Source: Candidatus Daviesbacteria bacterium | GTDB lineage: Bacteria; Patescibacteriota; Microgenomatia; Daviesbacterales; UBA10151 | Direction of reading: 5' to 3' | Assembly (NCBI GenBank): GCA_028715175.1 | Contig: JAQUSJ010000001.1 | Coordinates: forward strand, 148,356 to 212,355 | Length of the DNA: 64,000 nucleotides | Part shown: positions 49,060 to 59,329 of the stretch, one piece after another | How the letters are laid out: every line of letters begins with the position of its first letter | Numbering within the stretch: the stretch's first letter is position 1 | The notes under the pieces: generated by a model | What the model was told of the DNA's origin: nothing | Seen by the model: only the letters and a program-made list of their open reading frames with translations | Databases searched by the model: none | Program-made: the position numbers and the translations under genes

Positions 49060-50121
49060 ATGGTACATAACGACGATGCTAAGAAAGCCGCGATTTCAGC
49101 TGCAATGGCTCAAATTCAAAAACAATACGGCACAGGTTCCATTATGCGCTTGGGTGAGCGGGTTGAAAAATTCGCCACCGAGGTTATCTCAACAGGCTCT
49201 CTTGCTTTGGATTTAGCACTGGGTGTTGGCGGTTTGCCGAAGGGGAGAATTATAGAGGTCTATGGTCCTGAAGCAGGCGGAAAGACGACGGTTACCCTGC
49301 ATGTGATTGCTGAGGCTCAGAAAAAAGGCGGAGTGGCGGCATTTGTTGACGCTGAACATGCTTTGGATCCCCAAAGGGCGCAGAAGATCGGAGTTAATTT
49401 AGACGATCTTTTAATTTCTCAACCGGATACCGGCGAGCAAGCTTTGGAGATTGCCGAAAGCTTAATCCGCTCCGGCGGAATAGATGTTTTAGTGATAGAT
49501 TCTGTGGCAGCATTAGTACCTAGATCAGAATTGGAAGGAGAAATGGGAGATTCTTCTATGGGTGTGCAAGCCCGTTTAATGTCGCAAGCCCTTCGAAAAT
49601 TAACCGGAGCTGTTTCTAACACCAACACAATCGTTATTTTTACCAATCAATTAAGACAAAAAATTGGAGTGATGTTTGGTAATCCGGAAACTACTACGGG
49701 AGGATTGGCCTTAAAATTTTATGCCTCTATCCGTCTGGATATCAGAAGGATTGAAAATATAAAAGATGGAGATGTGGTTGTGGGTTCAAGACATCGGGTT
49801 AAAGTTGTCAAAAATAAGGTTGCTCCCCCATTTCGGATTGCAGAATTTGATATGGATGAGAATGGAATATCTCATGAAGGTGAACTTTTGGATGTAGGGG
49901 TAGAACTGGGAATTTTAACAAAGTCCGGCGCATTTATAAAATGGGGTGAAAAGCTACTGGGTCAAGGAAGACCCGCATCGATAATTTTCCTGAAAGAAAA
50001 CAAAAAAGAAGCGCAAAATTTGGAAAAAGAAATAAGAGAGGCCTGGGGTAAACAAAAAGAAGGCAAGGAAAAAATTGTAGTAGGACAGGAAGAAGAGAGC
50101 ATGATAGTAGAAACCGGTTAG
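49060..50121 (+). CDS. recA: Recombinase RecA
   Basis: GPEAGGKTT Walker A, L1/L2 loops, 353 aa. Confidence 0.95.
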   Translation: MVHNDDAKKAAISAAMAQIQKQYGTGSIMRLGERVEKFATEVISTGSLALDLALGVGGLPKGRIIEVYGPEAGGKTTVTLHVIAEAQKKGGVAAFVDAEHALDPQRAQKIGVNLDDLLISQPDTGEQALEIAESLIRSGGIDVLVIDSVAALVPRSELEGEMGDSSMGVQARLMSQALRKLTGAVSNTNTIVIFTNQLRQKIGVMFGNPETTTGGLALKFYASIRLDIRRIENIKDGDVVVGSRHRVKVVKNKVAPPFRIAEFDMDENGISHEGELLDVGVELGILTKSGAFIKWGEKLLGQGRPASIIFLKENKKEAQNLEKEIREAWGKQKEGKEKIVVGQEEESMIVETG

Positions 50122-50126
50122 CAAAT

Positions 50127-50182
50127 GTCATTCTGAACGAAGTGAAGAATCTAATTAGATCTTTCGTTTTACTCAGGATGAC
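50127..50182. repeat. Dual-hairpin palindromic repeat element, copy 3 (near-identical to 27984-28039)
   Basis: gtcattctgaacgaagtgaagaatc ... gatctttcgttttactcaggatgac. It abuts the recX start codon and accounts for the spurious MKNLIRSFVLLRMTI extension. Confidence 0.6.
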
Positions 50183-50186
50183 AATT

Positions 50187-50849
50187 ATGAAAATAACTCA
50201 AGTAGAACCTCAAAAGAAGAATCCGCATAGATTTAACATATTCATAGATGGAGAGTTTGCTTTTGGGGCAGACGAAGATTTGGTGGTTAACAGAAGATTG
50301 GTGGTTGGAAAAGAACTGACCACATCCGATGTGGAAAAGCTGCTATTTGAGGCAGAGGTGGGAAAACTAATGGAGCGGATGTATAGATGGTTTAGTTTGA
50401 GGCAACATTCAGAAAAAGAAGTCAGAGATTATTTTAAAATTAAGAATCAACAATCAAAAATCAAGGGTAAGGAGCAAATAAGTCAGTTAACAATGGATGC
50501 TTTGGTGGAAACTTTGAAGAAAAAAGGCATGATAAATGATCTGGAATTTGCCAAAGCCTGGGTGGAGGCAAGAAGAAAAAGTAAGAATTTAGGAATAAGA
50601 GCTTTAAGAATGGAACTTTATAAAAAGGGAATTGATAAGGAAATTATTGAGGAGGTATTGAGTGAGCCCTTCGACTTCGCTCAGGGCGAGGAAGAATTAG
50701 CAAAGCAAGCTCTTGAAAAGAAAATGAGAGTTTGGAAAAACTTAGACCATTTGGAATTTAACAAAAAGGCCTATGAATTTTTAGCAAGAAAAGGTTTTGA
50801 GTATGAGATAATTAAAGAGACAATTGAAAACTTGGCGGGAAAAGAGTAA
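50187..50849 (+). CDS. recX: Regulatory protein RecX
   Basis: Start moved to MKITQ after the repeat. Three-helix repeat RecX-like sequence (HRFNIFIDGEFAFG...); recA-recX synteny. Confidence 0.75.
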   Translation: MKITQVEPQKKNPHRFNIFIDGEFAFGADEDLVVNRRLVVGKELTTSDVEKLLFEAEVGKLMERMYRWFSLRQHSEKEVRDYFKIKNQQSKIKGKEQISQLTMDALVETLKKKGMINDLEFAKAWVEARRKSKNLGIRALRMELYKKGIDKEIIEEVLSEPFDFAQGEEELAKQALEKKMRVWKNLDHLEFNKKAYEFLARKGFEYEIIKETIENLAGKE

Positions 50850-50964
50850 AATATATTTGGAGAATCAGATAGAGTGAGTTTATGATGATGAAAATAATTC
50901 TCGACAATTTAATACTCCCTCTAAACTTCATTTAACGAAGTCTTTTTCTGATCCTCCAAAAAAT

Positions 50965-52290
50965 ATGCAAAGAACATTTGGACCGATTAAATCTAGTGAT
51001 GGCAGTGATTTCATCAAGCAAGAAGCAGAACTAGCCAAGCGTGAGGGTATTTTAGAGGAAAGAGAGCGGCAAATTGCTGAAAAGCAAAAGCTGATTGACG
51101 AGAAACTTGAGCAGTTGGAAAAAATCAGGAAAGAATTGGTTTCCAAACTGGAAAAAGTTTCTTCTGTGTCCAAAGATGAAGCCCAAAAAATACTGCTAGA
51201 AAATTTAGACCAAGAATTAGCCAGTGAGATTTCCAAAAAAATAAAAGAAGCAGAAGAAGAAATTAAGCTGCGCTCCGATGAAAAAGCTAAAGAGGTTTTA
51301 GCCGATGCCATGTTACATGGAGTAACAGACTATATATCCGAATTTACAACTTCTAAAGTGAAACTTCCTGATGAGGAAATGAAAGGGAGAATTATTGGTA
51401 AAGAAGGCAGGAACGTTAGGACGTTTGAACAAGTTACCGGTGTTGATGTGGTAATGGATGATGAGATACCGGATACATTAATTTTGTCATCCTTTGATCC
51501 GGTTCGCCGTGAAATTGCCAGAGTTTCACTTGAACGCTTAATGGAAGACGGGAGAATCCAACCGCAGCGAATTGAGGAAATTGTTGAGAAAACGAAAGAA
51601 GATGTTAATAAACTAATGCGTCAGGCAGGGGAAAAACTTTGTGCAGACTGCGGAGTTTATAATTTGCAGGTTGAGTTGGTAGATCTGGTTGGAAGATTCA
51701 AATTCCGGTATTCCTACGGACAAAATTTGATTCAACACACCCAAGAGGAAACACAAATCGGTATTGCACTGGCAAAAATGATCGGGGCTGACGTGAATGT
51801 CGTTCGACTCGGATGTTTGTTACACGACATCGGTAAAGTGGTGATTGAAGGAGATGAGGGGACCCATGTCGATAAAGGTGTACAACTGGCAAAGAAATTT
51901 GGATTACCGGAAAAAGTCGTGAGTTGTATAGCCGAACATCATGAAGATAAACCATTCTCATCGGTCGAATCCACAATAGTTTATATTGCTGATGCTATTT
52001 CTGGAGCTAGACCGGGCGCAAGACATGAGAATGTCGAGGATTACATTAAGAGAATGGATGATATAGAACAAATTGCACTGTCTTTTGAAGGCGTAGAGAA
52101 AGCATTTGCCATACAGGCCGGCAGGGAAGTTCGAGTTATTGTTACACCGGAGAGAATTTCTGACGACGAATTGCCAAAACTGGTTCATGATATAGCAGAG
52201 AGAATCTCCAAAGAAGTGATGGTTCCCGGGGCGGTAAAGATAACAGCAATCAGGGAAACCCGTTATGCTGAAAGTACAATGACTCTATAA
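50965..52290 (+). CDS. rny: Ribonuclease Y (KH + HD domains), no N-terminal TM helix in this ORF
   Basis: KH motif IIGKEGRNVRTFEQVTGV; HD domain LLHDIGK...HH; coiled-coil N-terminus. Confidence 0.85.
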   Translation: MQRTFGPIKSSDGSDFIKQEAELAKREGILEERERQIAEKQKLIDEKLEQLEKIRKELVSKLEKVSSVSKDEAQKILLENLDQELASEISKKIKEAEEEIKLRSDEKAKEVLADAMLHGVTDYISEFTTSKVKLPDEEMKGRIIGKEGRNVRTFEQVTGVDVVMDDEIPDTLILSSFDPVRREIARVSLERLMEDGRIQPQRIEEIVEKTKEDVNKLMRQAGEKLCADCGVYNLQVELVDLVGRFKFRYSYGQNLIQHTQEETQIGIALAKMIGADVNVVRLGCLLHDIGKVVIEGDEGTHVDKGVQLAKKFGLPEKVVSCIAEHHEDKPFSSVESTIVYIADAISGARPGARHENVEDYIKRMDDIEQIALSFEGVEKAFAIQAGREVRVIVTPERISDDELPKLVHDIAERISKEVMVPGAVKITAIRETRYAESTMTL

Positions 52291-52343
52291 AGATCGTTTT
52301 GGGGCTTGATAAAAGGCAAAACATCTGGTAATTTATCAGTTGT

Positions 52344-52616
52344 ATGACTAAGAACGAGCTTATTGAAAAAGTTGCCAAGAAAGCAAATCTTACAAAAAGA
52401 GCTTCTGCCGATGCAGTCAACAGCACTTTTAATTTAATCAGAGACGGTCTAGTCCGGGGTGAAAAGGTAGTTATAACCGGTTTCGGGACATTTCTAATAA
52501 GATCCCGGGCTGCGAGACGTGGCAGGAATCCACAAACAGGTGAAACTATTCAGATTCCTAATAAAAAGACCCCGGGATTCACTGCAGGTAAAACCCTAAA
52601 AAGACTTATTAAATAA
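52344..52616 (+). CDS. hup: DNA-binding protein HU
   Basis: MTKNELIEKVAKK...GFGTF...RNPQTGE HU/IHF signature. Confidence 0.9.
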   Translation: MTKNELIEKVAKKANLTKRASADAVNSTFNLIRDGLVRGEKVVITGFGTFLIRSRAARRGRNPQTGETIQIPNKKTPGFTAGKTLKRLIK

Positions 52617-52633
52617 CTCGGTTATCATTTTCT

Positions 52634-53545
52634 ATGACTAGAGTTTTAAATTCCTTTAAAGTCCGAGCAGGTAATAAAACCTTTGATTATCGTTCAGGAA
52701 AGAAATTAAATCTTAATCAGGTAAAGCTATTTTTTCAAAAAAATTATCAGGTAAAAAAACTGTGGAATGGAAACAGGCATGTTTTGGGAATTTTAACCAA
52801 GAGCGATGTAGGCTATTTCCTGAAATTGTCAACTAGCGAAGGAATTAGTGCCGTTACAAAAAATGAATATAAATGGAATGATTATTTCTGTAAATATACA
52901 GAAGTGAGTAATTACTTTGTCCCCAAAAATCATGATAGAGGTTATTATCAAAAGAAATATTTTTATTTAATCACAGATTATTTTGACGGTAAATTAATTT
53001 GTGAAATCAATGGGGATGTTAATAATCTGGTTACACATATTGATGATATTATTTTACTTTCCGAGTTAATACAAAAAATGCCCGTAGTTGAAAGTGATTA
53101 CAGAATGCGATTTATCAACAAAGTAAATAGCTGGTTTAACGATATTCCAAGTAGTATTTGCAAGAGGTATAAAATTAAAACTCTTTTGGATATTGCTGAA
53201 AAGGGAGTAGATGGATTATCCAGCAAGCCTAGACATGGGGATTTTACGCCCTGGCATATTATTAAGTTGTCTGATCATAGGCTTGGACTGATTGATGGAG
53301 AGCATTTTTTACCGGACGGTGTTGAAAGTTATGATATTTGCTATTTTATACAGAGAGTTTTTAGCGTTTTGAAAAATCCTGATATTGCCAGAAAGATTTA
53401 TGCCGAACTTATAAAAAAAGGATATAGCAAAGATAAATTAAAAGTTGTTTTGGCTGCCAGGGCAATTGGAGGATTTTTGGATGAGTCATTAAAAGATAAA
53501 CCAAATTATACATTTGCCAATAATTTTAAAAATTGGGTAATTTAG
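52634..53545 (+). CDS. Phosphotransferase (APH/choline-kinase-like) family protein
   Basis: Brenner-type catalytic motif HGDFTPWHII and GLIDGEH (IDWE-like) motif; protein kinase-like fold inferred. Confidence 0.5.
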   Translation: MTRVLNSFKVRAGNKTFDYRSGKKLNLNQVKLFFQKNYQVKKLWNGNRHVLGILTKSDVGYFLKLSTSEGISAVTKNEYKWNDYFCKYTEVSNYFVPKNHDRGYYQKKYFYLITDYFDGKLICEINGDVNNLVTHIDDIILLSELIQKMPVVESDYRMRFINKVNSWFNDIPSSICKRYKIKTLLDIAEKGVDGLSSKPRHGDFTPWHIIKLSDHRLGLIDGEHFLPDGVESYDICYFIQRVFSVLKNPDIARKIYAELIKKGYSKDKLKVVLAARAIGGFLDESLKDKPNYTFANNFKNWVI

Positions 53546-53550
53546 CTTAA

Positions 53551-54780
53551 TTAGAAGGGATTTTTTGAAAGGTTAGTCATGAAGAATAGTTTAACAAGGT
53601 CTCTTGGGACGGGCAGTCCTGTCAGGAAAGGGAAAATTAAAATAAAGCTAAGTATTATTAAAAATAGAAGTAAGATAACTAACTTCCATCCTTTTTCATC
53701 ATTAAGCAGTGTATTCAGTTGGTGTCCTAAGGCAAGAGATAAAAAAGGTACGGAAGGGCTGAAGTGGTATAAAAACATAATTCTGGGAGAGGTCGCCCAA
53801 GGTAACCAAAAAGCAAGAAACCCTAAAAGAACTATCATTAAATGTATGGATCTTTTTTTAACTGCTTCCCAAGTGGTTGCTAAAATAGCAATACTTCCCG
53901 TCCAGAAAACCAAAGGATTTCCTGAAGCAAAGATATTGGCGATGGAGTTTTTTTGATAATCCACAAAATACCAGACAGGATATAAATTTAGCGGCCACGA
54001 CCACCAGAGTGAAGAATAAGGATGAGTAGCTTCCAGGTGAGTTTGGTACCACCAGATTTGGTTGTGTAGCTCAATAAAATCATTCCAGTTGTAACCCATT
54101 AAAAAATAATGGGTATAACTTAAAAAATAGACAGCTGGAGGAATTAAGAAGAAATAGATTAGTTTTTTATACTGGCGATGATATAACATAATTGGAAAAA
54201 ACATTAATACTAAAAAGATTCCGGGCCATTTAGTAGCCATGGCTACTCCCATAAAAAGAGCTGCAATAATATATCTTTTTTGGACGAAGAAAATAATACT
54301 TGCTAAAATAAAGGCTACCAAATAGACATCGTTCATGCCGATCCTGGATTGAACAAAAACCAGCCCATCAAGAGAGAAAATTAGAGTAGATAAAAGAGCT
54401 GTTGTTTCATTTTTAAATAAGATTAACGCAAGTTTGTATACCAAAAATACCGATAAGATTCCCAGTAAGGCTCCCGGCAGTCTGTAAGCCCAAGCATCAG
54501 TGGTACGAAAGATAAACATTGATGCGGTCATTATTTCTTTCTCAACAGGAGGATGCAACCACTCAAAAGCGACTCCAGGAGGAGATTTGCCCCAAGGATT
54601 CCAGGCATCCCTATTTCCTTTTAAGTATTCTTTTGCGGTATATGCATGGTAAACTTCGTCAAATACATATTTGTTTGGATAATCTAGCCGGTATAAACGC
54701 AAAAATGCCGTTACTACTAGAATAATAATTAAAATATTTTTCGGTTTTAAAATTTTTTTAAGCATGAGATTTTTTATCAT
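53551..54780 (-). CDS. GT-C membrane glycosyltransferase, PMT/ArnT-like (GT39/GT83 family)
   Basis: Polytopic. First-loop motif YVFDEVYHAYTA (PMT/ArnT DE motif region). Confidence 0.65.
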   Translation of the reverse strand: MIKNLMLKKILKPKNILIIILVVTAFLRLYRLDYPNKYVFDEVYHAYTAKEYLKGNRDAWNPWGKSPPGVAFEWLHPPVEKEIMTASMFIFRTTDAWAYRLPGALLGILSVFLVYKLALILFKNETTALLSTLIFSLDGLVFVQSRIGMNDVYLVAFILASIIFFVQKRYIIAALFMGVAMATKWPGIFLVLMFFPIMLYHRQYKKLIYFFLIPPAVYFLSYTHYFLMGYNWNDFIELHNQIWWYQTHLEATHPYSSLWWSWPLNLYPVWYFVDYQKNSIANIFASGNPLVFWTGSIAILATTWEAVKKRSIHLMIVLLGFLAFWLPWATSPRIMFLYHFSPSVPFLSLALGHQLNTLLNDEKGWKLVILLLFLIILSFILIFPFLTGLPVPRDLVKLFFMTNLSKNPF

Positions 54781-56032
54781 TACTAAACTTGTAGTATACC
54801 AAGATTAATATCCCAAAACCGAGTAAATTAAGTACAGTAAACAAGTTGTAGTATTTGTTTAATAGTTGGTATATAGAAAATGAGGAAAATTCAGAATTTG
54901 GATATACATAATTATAAAAATAATAGACATACCAGAGGTTAATAAAATGAACTAAGGACAAAATTAGATAAATAATCTTCAATTTCATTGAATTAATTAA
55001 AAATGCTGTAATTAATAAAAATGGAAAAAAAGGAAATAGATAACGCTGATGGATTCTGGTAAGAAATAGAAAAAATGCAAAACTAGCTAAAGTTATAGCA
55101 AAATATACTATATAATTATTTTTGTATCCTTTTTTGAAAACTAAAGGAAAGAGTATAAGGATTAAAGATATTAAATAAATAATCATTCCCCAGCTTTGAT
55201 ATGTAAAACTTAAGAATTTAGTTGAGTCAGGAATCCACCATCCGACAAAAGACCAAAAATTATATGAAAACATTGAGGTGTAAGGGTAAGTACTCGTGCT
55301 TTTTTGAAATAGATGGAAAAGTCCAAAAATTGGGTCTTTTAAGAAAAACGGAAAAGAAAAAATAATCAAAAAAATGGGGATTAATAATAAACTAAGGCAT
55401 TTTGGATATTTGAAATTGGCTATAAAATTAATAAGTATTACCGGAAAAATTGCCAAGCCTTGAGGTTTAACTAATATCGATAGAGCTGTGGTAGTGCTAA
55501 AGCGGTATGTCTTTTTAAGTTCTAATAGACAATATACTAAGTAGACTAGAAAAAACGCCAAAATTCCATCTACTTGTCCCCAGACGGAAGAATTAAAAGC
55601 TAAAGCCGGATTGGCAAGATAGAAAGTTGCCGAAAGTAAACCTAAGTTTTTTTTGTAACTCGAAACAATTTTGTAAATATAATAAGCAGTTGCGATATCA
55701 AAGAGATTGGTGAAAAGTTTTAAATAAACCTCAAAACCAAAACCGAATACAGATAAATGTGGAAATAAAAATTTAAACGATGCACCTAAAAACCACAGCA
55801 TGTATAAGTATCCAGGAAAATAATCTGAAAAATAGTTAGGAGCATAAAAATGGATGGGAGTGACTTCAACTAATCTGGCGCTCCAAGCTTGCCAATCAGT
55901 CATATCGATTTTAAAAGAAGGTAGAAAAATTAAGGCTAATCTCAATAATATGGCTATAAAGAGAATAGATATATTTCTTTTATTTCTTTTCAAAATGCCC
56001 ACCTTCCTTGAGTATAGAGATATGTCAAGCAA
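54758..56032 (-). CDS. Polytopic membrane protein, probable GT-C glycosyltransferase
   Basis: About 11 TM helices, aromatic-rich loops; overlaps its neighbours by 23 and 43 nt, so probably operonic. Confidence 0.45.
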   Translation of the reverse strand: MLDISLYSRKVGILKRNKRNISILFIAILLRLALIFLPSFKIDMTDWQAWSARLVEVTPIHFYAPNYFSDYFPGYLYMLWFLGASFKFLFPHLSVFGFGFEVYLKLFTNLFDIATAYYIYKIVSSYKKNLGLLSATFYLANPALAFNSSVWGQVDGILAFFLVYLVYCLLELKKTYRFSTTTALSILVKPQGLAIFPVILINFIANFKYPKCLSLLLIPIFLIIFSFPFFLKDPIFGLFHLFQKSTSTYPYTSMFSYNFWSFVGWWIPDSTKFLSFTYQSWGMIIYLISLILILFPLVFKKGYKNNYIVYFAITLASFAFFLFLTRIHQRYLFPFFPFLLITAFLINSMKLKIIYLILSLVHFINLWYVYYFYNYVYPNSEFSSFSIYQLLNKYYNLFTVLNLLGFGILILVYYKFSNDKKSHA

Positions 56033-57054
56033 AAAAGTAGTGTAATAAAAATGGTACTAATCAAAGTCAAGACAATTTTGTTCTTAATTAAAGCTAACGT
56101 AATAAAGAAGGGGAAGAGAATTAGGGTATATCTGGGAGTGCTCATGATAAAACTAGTTGAGGTAAACAACAATAAGTTAAGAAGCATATATATTCCGTAA
56201 GACTTTCTAACACAGATATACACCAAGATGGTGGCAATAACTAAAAGAAAGATAGTAATTAGTTCCGCTAAAAACAAGTAGTAATAATCACCGGTTTGAT
56301 TTTGAAAGAAATTAATTAAATTTTGGATACTTATCCATGGCCAGGTAAGGTGTTTGTACCAATGAGACGACAAGACTTTAGAAAAATAAAAAGGGTTTTT
56401 AAAAGTTAGATAATTTATTAACAGATAAATGAAAAAACCCACAGGGATTAATATGAAAGCAATTAAATTTTTACCAACTGATTTTGTTTCTGTTAAAAGG
56501 ATCGGTAAAAGTAGAACTCCATTGATTCTTGTCATGCTGGCGAGAGCTCCAGCAAGACCAGATTGGATGATTTTTCCTTTCCTGAAAAAATATACTGTTG
56601 CTAAAGAAGTGGTTAAGAAAAGAGATTCCGTATAGGCAGATTGTAAAAAAAATGCAGTAGGAAAAATATTTAAAAACCAAACAGACAATAAGGCAACTCG
56701 TTTATTGAAATCAAGTAGAACCAGTTCATACAATAATATTGAGGCGAAAATCGAGAATATCCATGAAATAATGATGGCGCTTAAATTATAATTACCGATA
56801 AGGACGTTAAACGCCTTAATCAGTATAGGATAGAATGGATAAAAAACTATGAAAAGAGCTGGTTCTCCGATTGTTTGGTAGCCATGTTTTGCTATTTCAA
56901 TATAATGAGGGCCATCCCATCTAATCCAAGGATCAAATAAATTAATTAGGTGGGGGGTAAAAAAGAGAGGGATGCTAAATAATAGCAGCCTAACTAGAAT
57001 AGTTATAATAATAACTTCTTTCCATCTAATTAGCGCTTTGGTATTATTTCCCAT
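55990..57054 (-). CDS. GT-C mannosyltransferase-like membrane protein (PIG-V/GT76-like)
   Basis: WDGPHYIEIAKHGY motif in the first external loop, typical of PIG-V-like mannosyltransferases; polytopic. Confidence 0.5.
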   Translation of the reverse strand: MGNNTKALIRWKEVIIITILVRLLLFSIPLFFTPHLINLFDPWIRWDGPHYIEIAKHGYQTIGEPALFIVFYPFYPILIKAFNVLIGNYNLSAIIISWIFSIFASILLYELVLLDFNKRVALLSVWFLNIFPTAFFLQSAYTESLFLTTSLATVYFFRKGKIIQSGLAGALASMTRINGVLLLPILLTETKSVGKNLIAFILIPVGFFIYLLINYLTFKNPFYFSKVLSSHWYKHLTWPWISIQNLINFFQNQTGDYYYLFLAELITIFLLVIATILVYICVRKSYGIYMLLNLLLFTSTSFIMSTPRYTLILFPFFITLALIKNKIVLTLISTIFITLLFCLTYLYTQGRWAF

Positions 57055-57080
57055 AAACTCATTATATGGTTTTGAAGAAG

Positions 57081-58040
<960 letters not shown>

Positions 58041-58047
58041 CCTATTA

Positions 58048-59016
58048 ATGCCACAAAAAATAGATATTTCTCATCGGACGGTTATATTTACAACCATTTT
58101 CATTTTAGCCCTTTGGATTACTTATTTAATCCGTGATCTTTTAATAATTTTATTTGTTGCGCTTATTTTTGTATCAGCGCTTTCTCCTTTGGTAAAAATT
58201 TTTGTTAAATTAAGATTACCAAAAGTTTTAAGTATCGCTATAACCTACATTGTTATAGTAGCTGCTATAGTAGGTTTGATTATCAGTATCGTGCCTCCTT
58301 TGATTGAACAAAGCACGAAATTAGTAATAACTGCCCCGGGGTTATTAGCACAGTTTTTTAACATTACAAATTTAGATAAATCTGTTTTTTCGTCAGAACT
58401 AACCTCTCTTTCGAAAAATCTATTTTCGATTACCCTCTCGGTTTTTGATAATTTATTAACAATAATTTTTTTATTAGTTATAACCTTCTATATGCTGCTG
58501 GAACAAGATAGTCTTGAAAATCGGTTTTCGTCTTTATTTAAAGGTAAAGAAGAAAGGATAAGAAGATCGATTGTAAAAATTGAAGAAAAATTAGGAGCTT
58601 GGTTGCGGGGACAATTAATTTTAAGTTTGATTATAGGTGTTTTGTCTTATATTGGCTTAACTATTCTGAATATTCCTTACGCTCTACCTCTTGCTATGGT
58701 GGCCGGGATTATGGAGGTAGTACCTGTTATTGGTCCAATAGTGTCAGCACTGCCTGCCATTTTTCTTGCACTAACAATCACTCCGGTTTTAAGTGTGGGA
58801 GTTGCAGTAATGTTTCTATTAATTCAACAACTGGAAAATCATCTGATTGTGCCACAGGTAATGAAGAGAGCAGTTGGTCTAAATCCTTTGGTAGTAATTT
58901 TAGCAATTGCTATCGGAGGCAGACTACTTGGAATTGCGGGTGCGCTGCTGGCGGTACCAATGGCGGTAGTGGTGCAAATAATCGCGGCAGAGATACTTGA
59001 AGGTGAGAAAATTTAG
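58048..59016 (+). CDS. AI-2E family transporter (PerM/UPF0118)
   Basis: 8-TM topology; conserved C-terminal ...LLGIAGALLAVPM... region. Confidence 0.75.
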   Translation: MPQKIDISHRTVIFTTIFILALWITYLIRDLLIILFVALIFVSALSPLVKIFVKLRLPKVLSIAITYIVIVAAIVGLIISIVPPLIEQSTKLVITAPGLLAQFFNITNLDKSVFSSELTSLSKNLFSITLSVFDNLLTIIFLLVITFYMLLEQDSLENRFSSLFKGKEERIRRSIVKIEEKLGAWLRGQLILSLIIGVLSYIGLTILNIPYALPLAMVAGIMEVVPVIGPIVSALPAIFLALTITPVLSVGVAVMFLLIQQLENHLIVPQVMKRAVGLNPLVVILAIAIGGRLLGIAGALLAVPMAVVVQIIAAEILEGEKI

Positions 59017-59029
59017 TTGTATAATATAC

Positions 59030-59286
59030 ACGCCTAGGAAGAAGGATGATCGGTCGCCTTAGGCGACAGGAAAGTCCAGACAGCATAAAGCAGGGTGGTC
59101 CGATGTAAATCGGACACGGGTAACCGCTAGTTAGAGCAACAGTGACGAACCGAGGTCATGCTCGGGTGAAACGTGGCAATCCTCCCCGCTGCAATCCTAG
59201 AACCGACAGAGTTGCTTGCTCAATTGTTGAAATCAGGAGCATTAGATAAATGATCGTCTAAAAACAGAATCTGGCTTACTAGCTTC
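59030..59286 (+). ncRNA. rnpB: RNase P RNA (compact bacterial type)
   Basis: P1 gccuaggaag / cuuccuaggc (59032-59041 / 59273-59282). P4 strands GGAAAGUCCAGAC and ACAGAAUCUGGCUUA match the universal P4 consensus. AGCAGGGUGG and extended -10 tgTATAAT lie just upstream. Confidence 0.7.
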
Positions 59287-59329
59287 CTAGGCATTTTTCT
59301 TCTATTTTTCTCATTGTATACTTATATAA

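Noticed and set aside
48881-49216. Plus-strand 111-aa ORF starting inside the tRNA-Pro region
   Set aside because: It is antisense to a tRNA, runs through the recA promoter and into recA in another frame, and its translation is low-complexity Pro/Arg-rich.
50142-50186. N-terminal MKNLIRSFVLLRMTI extension of recX
   Set aside because: It is encoded entirely by the dual-hairpin repeat element (…gttttactcaggatgacaa). The true start is taken as the ATG at 50187.
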